Notes under the pieces: model-generated
Told to the model about the DNA's origin: nothing
The model's database searches: none
What the model saw: the letters and a program-made list of their open reading frames with translations, nothing else
Position numbers and translations under genes: made by a program
Shown: piece after piece, positions 58,010 through 64,000 of the stretch
Layout of the letters: every line of letters starts with the position of its first letter
Position numbering within the stretch: the first letter of the stretch is position 1
From: Epithemia pelagica
Lineage: Eukaryota; Protista; Bacillariophyta
Assembly (NCBI GenBank): GCA_946965045.2
Contig: OX337229.1
Location: 2,356,001-2,420,000, forward strand
Direction: 5' to 3'
Length of the DNA: 64,000 nt

Positions 58010-60625
58010 TCATTGCCTTCTATTCATTGATTCACTAAGTCGATCCATTTCATCTCGAATGTCAAAGGCCAAACTACAATCTTGCAACGTAACATCTTGT
58101 TGACATTGGCTCCAGGCTTCGCCGAGTAATTTCTTGGCTTGAGCCGCATTCGTACCCTGTTCTTGTCCTGCTTCCTGTGTCATTAATAACAAGAGGGCCA
58201 ATTGGTATCGACAGTGCAACAATCTACGCCTCATTTGCTCCGAATCGCTGCTTTGTAAGGGCAATGAGGCCGCAAGCTGGCGCTCAAATCCTGTAATCGC
58301 CTCTCGGTACAAGGATTCTGCTTCTTCCACTACATCATTGGAAGCAACAACGCTATTTGTGGTAGTAGTCGAATCTGCAGTGGCCTGTTGTCGTTGCTGT
58401 TCTGTTTCCTGAAACAAAACATCGGCCAAACGACACATGGATTCAAGGGTATCATAATCCTGCACACCTAGTTTTTGTCGTCGTCCTTCCAAGGTTTGTC
58501 GATACAATCGTTTGGCCTCGTTCCATTCGGGCCCTGAAGGTGGGTACTCCTTGTGCAAGACATGGGCCAACTGGTCCGTAGCCATCCAGGTCAGGGTATG
58601 CTGTGCGCCGTAGGTATCGCGACACTTTGCCACTTCTTGTTCAAATTTGGACAATTCCTGCAATTGCGTCAAGCGATGTTGTGCCGCCAAGGCCAGTCTA
58701 CTGTTACTTTCTGAACTCCTCCCGGACACTTGTTGTGACTGTGACGGGGGCGCCTGTTCAGGGACGTCCGTTTGCTCCGGTTGTTTTTCGCAAGATGCAA
58801 TTTCTCGATACAATTGTTGCGCTTCGAGCAAGTTCTTGTTCTTGGCCTTGCGTGGTTGACGTCGCAACAATTCGGCCAATTGGTACATGGTCTCTAATGT
58901 CGTGGCGTGCGCATTGCCCAATTGCTTGCGTTGTCCGGCCAATGCTTGACGATACAACGATTCGGCTTCTTGGCGGGGCAAGGACTTGTCCGTTTGGTTT
59001 CCACATGAAGGGGCTTCTGATACTCCATCCTCTTCCTCCAGCACTCGGGCCAATTGAACCATGGCTTGCAAGGTTTCGACATGCTTCTCTCCCAATTTAT
59101 GACGGAATCCATGCCAGACTTGACGATACAAGAATTGAGCATCCTTCCATTCTTCCTGTTGCTGATAGAGATTGGCCAAGTTGTTGTATGTGGCCAATTG
59201 CAAACAGGTTGTCGTAGTGTGCTTCTTTTTCTTGACGGTCTGCGACGGAAATGAGAGGGACAACAAATCTTGTGGACGACAACATTGATCCAACACTTGT
59301 TGATACAAGGCTTGGGCCGCCTGTAAGTTACCTTGCCCATGCCACACGTTGGCCATGCGGTTCATATCCATTCCAATGGCCTGTCGGAGCTTGGCCACAA
59401 TCAATTGCTTGGCTTCCTTTTGATTGGTAGTAGAACCCAAAAGAGGAGCGACCGTTACGTCAATGTCGGAAGCTGACGACACAGAATCGAGTAAGCCTTG
59501 GTAGGCTTGGGGTAACCACGAGTGAGGAGGATTTGACTCATCGCCCTTATTGGTAGCTTTAGCCGAAGGGGGCCATAAAACCTCCATGGCGGCACCCGTT
59601 TGGGCCGCCCAATAGACGTACCACAAGACTTTGGCTTGTCGCAACGTGGATGGTAAAGTCCTGTTGCTAGACCCAGTGACCACTTGCCAAAGGTTGGTCC
59701 ACCAGCCACCTGTTCCAGTACTCGTCGTCGTGACGCTCTCTTCCTTCTCGTTTGGTTCCTTCGTGTCCGCATCTTCTTTGGTGGTTTCTTCATTGTGGAA
59801 CGACGACAAGAGCAAGGTGACGTGATGCATTTCCCTCAAGTGTTGAGGCATCTCATCCATCCATTGTTGGTTGCCACTGACGCATGACATCCATTCCATC
59901 CATATATATTCTTCGGTCTTGGCCTGTCCGTGAAAGGCGGCATGATATTCCAGTTGCTGCAACAACTCGTCCAAGGTGAGGGCCGTCGTGTCACGGTCAC
60001 CCGTCACAATCAACCGTGTCGGTTTGGACGACAAAGCCGGCGCGGGCAAGTAGCGGCCCAGTGGCAGACTGTTTTTCGGAGCAGTGGATGAACTGATTCC
60101 TGCCTGTAATAGGCTGCGTCGAATCAATTCTACCGTGGAACTGTGCTGGACGAACCACAATGGACAACCAAATTGCCTAAAGGCTTGAATGTAGGGCAGG
60201 TTACCAAATTCAGTCAACAACCACGACAATTGTACACCCTCCCAGCAACAAGTATCCTTCTCTTCCTTGTCTTTGTTAGTCGAGAGGTGCTGGATCAAGT
60301 CTTTCTTGGAAGATTCCTTAATGTCCTTCTGTGGCGAAGCTTTCATGTACAACTCGACCGCCAAGGTCACACATTGTTCGTCCGTCGGTGCGCTACTCTT
60401 GCTTTCGTGGTCGTCTTGCTCTTCCTTGTCGGTTCGAACTTGAGCCATCCAACGTTCAAAGGGAGTCGTTGTCGATGCTTTTGAGGAACGTTCCGACGAA
60501 GGAGACAATGACGGCTGCGCTTGTTGTGCCAGATAGTAGGCAATCCCTCCAGCTACCACCAAGGTTGTCGTTGCAGCTGCTGCGGTCACAGCCAGAGAGG
60601 CGGGACGGTTGTTGTTCGAAGACAT
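58010..60625 (-). CDS. Kinesin-light-chain-like TPR repeat protein with N-terminal hydrophobic anchor (871 aa)
   Basis: Repeats of the type L.T.NNLA.LY......EA..LYRQ.L.G....LG..H..TL. The N-terminus reads AVTAAAATTTLVVAGGIAYYLA. Confidence 0.8.
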   Translation of the reverse strand: MSSNNNRPASLAVTAAAATTTLVVAGGIAYYLAQQAQPSLSPSSERSSKASTTTPFERWMAQVRTDKEEQDDHESKSSAPTDEQCVTLAVELYMKASPQKDIKESSKKDLIQHLSTNKDKEEKDTCCWEGVQLSWLLTEFGNLPYIQAFRQFGCPLWFVQHSSTVELIRRSLLQAGISSSTAPKNSLPLGRYLPAPALSSKPTRLIVTGDRDTTALTLDELLQQLEYHAAFHGQAKTEEYIWMEWMSCVSGNQQWMDEMPQHLREMHHVTLLLSSFHNEETTKEDADTKEPNEKEESVTTTSTGTGGWWTNLWQVVTGSSNRTLPSTLRQAKVLWYVYWAAQTGAAMEVLWPPSAKATNKGDESNPPHSWLPQAYQGLLDSVSSASDIDVTVAPLLGSTTNQKEAKQLIVAKLRQAIGMDMNRMANVWHGQGNLQAAQALYQQVLDQCCRPQDLLSLSFPSQTVKKKKHTTTTCLQLATYNNLANLYQQQEEWKDAQFLYRQVWHGFRHKLGEKHVETLQAMVQLARVLEEEDGVSEAPSCGNQTDKSLPRQEAESLYRQALAGQRKQLGNAHATTLETMYQLAELLRRQPRKAKNKNLLEAQQLYREIASCEKQPEQTDVPEQAPPSQSQQVSGRSSESNSRLALAAQHRLTQLQELSKFEQEVAKCRDTYGAQHTLTWMATDQLAHVLHKEYPPSGPEWNEAKRLYRQTLEGRRQKLGVQDYDTLESMCRLADVLFQETEQQRQQATADSTTTTNSVVASNDVVEEAESLYREAITGFERQLAASLPLQSSDSEQMRRRLLHCRYQLALLLLMTQEAGQEQGTNAAQAKKLLGEAWSQCQQDVTLQDCSLAFDIRDEMDRLSESMNRRQ

Positions 60626-61171
60626 GGTTGTTCAATCGAGAGAGAAAACGTGTGAGAAAAAATGAACCAAGTCAGCTTGTCTGCGGTACCAAAATGAATC
60701 AACCCAAGCCCAAATCGGATCAATCTTTCACAAGCAATAGGGTCCGTATCCTTCGAGAGTTGGGATTTGCGATCGACGAGACCACAAGAGACGAGCTGAG
60801 ACCAAACAATGAGAGTTCACAGAGTGCCGCCTCTTTTCTCTCTTTTCTCTCTTTTCTCTCTTTTCTCTGTTTTTTGCTTTTTGTTGGATGAGCACAATGT
60901 CCGCATCATGGCCACATGGCTAATCGTACAAACACCCAGGGACGGGTGACGACACTCAAGGAACGGCTTCTTTTTCTTTTCTGGTCATTCATAATACACC
61001 CCATCTGTAACATTTTTACTCCCATATTAAACTTTATGTTCTCATGTATGGTATTCGATCGCTTAGAAGTAGGAATATATGGAATGTCACTTGATTCTCT
61101 CAATGACGTTGACATTGAGTAACAATTACTCGTAGCTCGTAGAGGCGGCTCATCCCCCAGATATTGTAGAA

Positions 61172-63959
61172 ATGTCCGCTTACGTCTTGGGGAGAGGTGA
61201 CATCAGCAAACGGGAAATGGATACGAGTATATGCGAACCAAGAGAAACCGCCCACTCCGCCAGGAAGAAGCCGGCATCCGCCATGCTCCGATCCGTCACC
61301 ACCCGCTCCCAGTCTGGGGCACACAAGAAAGGAGGGACCCCTCCCAAGGAACCGAACCCGGACCAGCAAGCCACTCCAGGAAACACCACACTTGCTGCCG
61401 CCCTCCGTCGTGAACACAACGTCAATCCCATCACCCCTGATCCCTTTCAGCGCAAGAAAAACTACAACATCCACCAAACCAAAAAATCCTCCGAAAAAAA
61501 CCCAGAAAAAGAACCCACCGACAACACAGAAAAAGAAGACCACACCAACCAGAACAACACTCCTGACACAGACTCCCCCAACAACCACCCCCACAACCAA
61601 GAACACCACGACAAAACCGACACCAACAACAACAACACCATGACCGAAGAGACAACCACCCCAGAACACCACCAACCACCCTCCTCTGACAACGACAACG
61701 ACAACCCCACGAACGAGAACAGCACCACAGCAAACACCCAGAGAGACATCGACCGCTACACCTCCAACACGGCGACACCACCACACCGGCGCCAATACAC
61801 CAACCGAATCACAACCACCCAGGCACACCACCACGCCGAAGAAACAGAAGCAACCACCGAGAACGACGAGGAACACCAAGAAAACGACGACACCACCAAC
61901 GCAACACCCTCCACGACAACACCTCTCCCACCTCCGATCCGGAACCCCTATAAGTCTCCAACCACCAAGCCCCTGAATCACAGCGGAAACAAAGACCCAC
62001 CAGCCGCCATACACCTCAACCTGGTCGTCCGCCACAAGGCAAACCACCAGGAAGAAGCGGCTCTCCCACGTATCACAGAAAACGCCCTGAAACAACACTT
62101 CAACCAAGTCTTCCAACACCATGAACCGCGCGAGTACCCCATGTGGCTACAGGTCCACCGCGTAGAGTTCATCGAAACAAAACAACCAGCCCGACCGAAA
62201 GGAAACAACGAAAAAGGACAACGCGGCCATAGTTCATCCTTCCACCTCACCCTGCGTCTGGCACCAGCAAACGACGCCTTTGATATGGAAAACTACATCG
62301 AACAAGCCCTACGCTTCGCCACACAAATGTGGCACAAACACCACCGCGACGATTTTCGCAACGATGAACACGGTGCACAATGGATCCTACGCCATGGGGC
62401 ACAACAGTCAAACCCGACACTCAACCCCCGCTTCAAGGAGTTAGACGTCTACATCCCTGCATGCAACAACCGAAACTCAACGACGCAAGGAATTATCGCA
62501 GGAATTCCTGCACTCGCGGTCAAACACCGCCGCGGATACCTCGACATCGCCACCACCATCCATGATCACCTTTTCGGCCACCTCCCCAGCCAATTTCAAA
62601 TGTTCGATGATTTCAGCCAACATTTCGGTTGCAGAGACGGCACCTTCAGCGGAGACATGCGCAACAAACAACGAGGCCAGGTGCCAGTCATCTACTTCTC
62701 CGCGTCTTCGAGACACAACTTTGAATTATTCCTCCGCGCCTACAACGCCTTCCACCAGGCCGCCAAGGGAAACGAAATCACTTGGCGCGAAAACGCCCTA
62801 CAAGTGCTTCCCATCCCGAAGAACCAACAAACCAGAACCACCACTCTCGAGGCTCTAAAGGACCTTGACCAACATTTCGGAGCAGCGTCAGAATTCGCCT
62901 TCACCCACTGAACGATTTGGCCACAGAAGAAGAATGGGACCAACTCACCGAGATCCCACACTACCAGGCCGCATATCCCGAATTTTGCCACCACGACCCG
63001 GAGCCAGTCGCATACTACCTGCATCTGCTCCGCACACCTGACACCCACCATCTCAATGCAACAACCATAAGGAACTATCCGGGGTTTCCATCGAACATCC
63101 TTCGCCCCACCATGGCGGCAGCAGCCGCAGCACCACCAGCCCCAGGCCAAGAACACAACAACTACGAACAACACCAACAGGCCACACACACTTCGCGACT
63201 ACTCGATCTCACCCGCCGGATCACCCAACGAAACCAGAACAACGGAGACAGCGGCGGCAGCACCACAACAACAACAACACCCACACGACCAAGAGCCACC
63301 CCACCAACAACAACTCCCCCCCCCCGAGAAAAAGAGCAGCACCGTCCAACGACACACCAGAAAACAACGACCACGAAAACAACAGCGACCCTTACGAAGA
63401 CAACTCCAACTGGACGACGGTTGCTGAAACCGCCGCCCGCCTGATCAACACCAGACACAACCAAGAAGAATACGAGGTCACAGCAGACAGCCAAAACACC
63501 TGCTCCACCTTATCGTCCACAAACAGATACTCCATCTTGGGAGAACGCCCGGAGGACTCTTACAACGAAGAGACCGACCGATACCACGGGGGAAATCCTA
63601 ACGACGTAGAGATGGACGAGGAAGAACTCGACGAATGGGACAACATGTCCGACTCGAACCGTTCCCACCCTCTCCTCCAACCAGACAACGACAACCCCGC
63701 CAACAATCCATCACAGAACACTTCAGAAGAACTCCACCAGATAACTGCCTTCGTGCACCACCACAACAGCTCCCAACTCCCCGCGCTCGAGGAGTACATT
63801 GAGAAAATACAGTCCTTTTCGACGGACACCGACGCGCAAGACGTCTGGGAATTCGCGGAGCGGCTCGTGAAACAGAAACGGCCGCCCAATTCCCACGTCG
63901 CCGGCACCCGCACCGGCCATGTGGGCCCGCATGAACCACAGGGCCAAGGGGCCAAATGA
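61172..63959 (+). mobile_element. Probable non-LTR retrotransposon ORF1 (two frameshifts), with ORF2 starting at 63956
   Basis: A/C-rich sense strand, PIRNPY and WTTV motifs. Frame breaks near 62906 and in the C-run near 63316. The ORF1 stop overlaps a new ATG (ATGA). The window ends before RT or endonuclease can be confirmed. Confidence 0.5.
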
Positions 63960-64000
63960 GTACCTCAACCAAACCAATCAGACGCTGTCCAGTCCCCCAC

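Overview
Eukaryotic genomic DNA, most likely a diatom (inferred from Copia gag/pol types resembling the CoDi elements, GT-AG introns and a stramenopile-type TPR protein). About 1-52.7 kb is a transposon nest. It holds four Ty1/Copia elements in two nested pairs. Element A (11559-19855, minus strand, 758-bp LTRs, GTTGT TSD) sits inside decayed element B. Internally deleted element D (40764-45935, minus strand, 386-bp LTRs, CGCCT TSD) sits inside the integrase of decayed element C. Also present are older Copia and LINE fragments, a TA-flanked MITE, a tRNA-like repeat and a broken DUF6729-type transposase. An unexplained block at 22.2-30.7 kb holds a fragmented Gag-like/RING-H2 ORF, an upstream array of nine bulged hairpins with compensatory base changes, (GTT)79, palindromic minisatellites and small intronless ORFs. 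From 52.8 to 60.6 kb are three host genes: NDUFB10, a Miro GTPase and an N-anchored TPR protein. A probable LINE ORF1 and the start of ORF2 end the window. All family assignments come from motifs read by eye; no searches were run.
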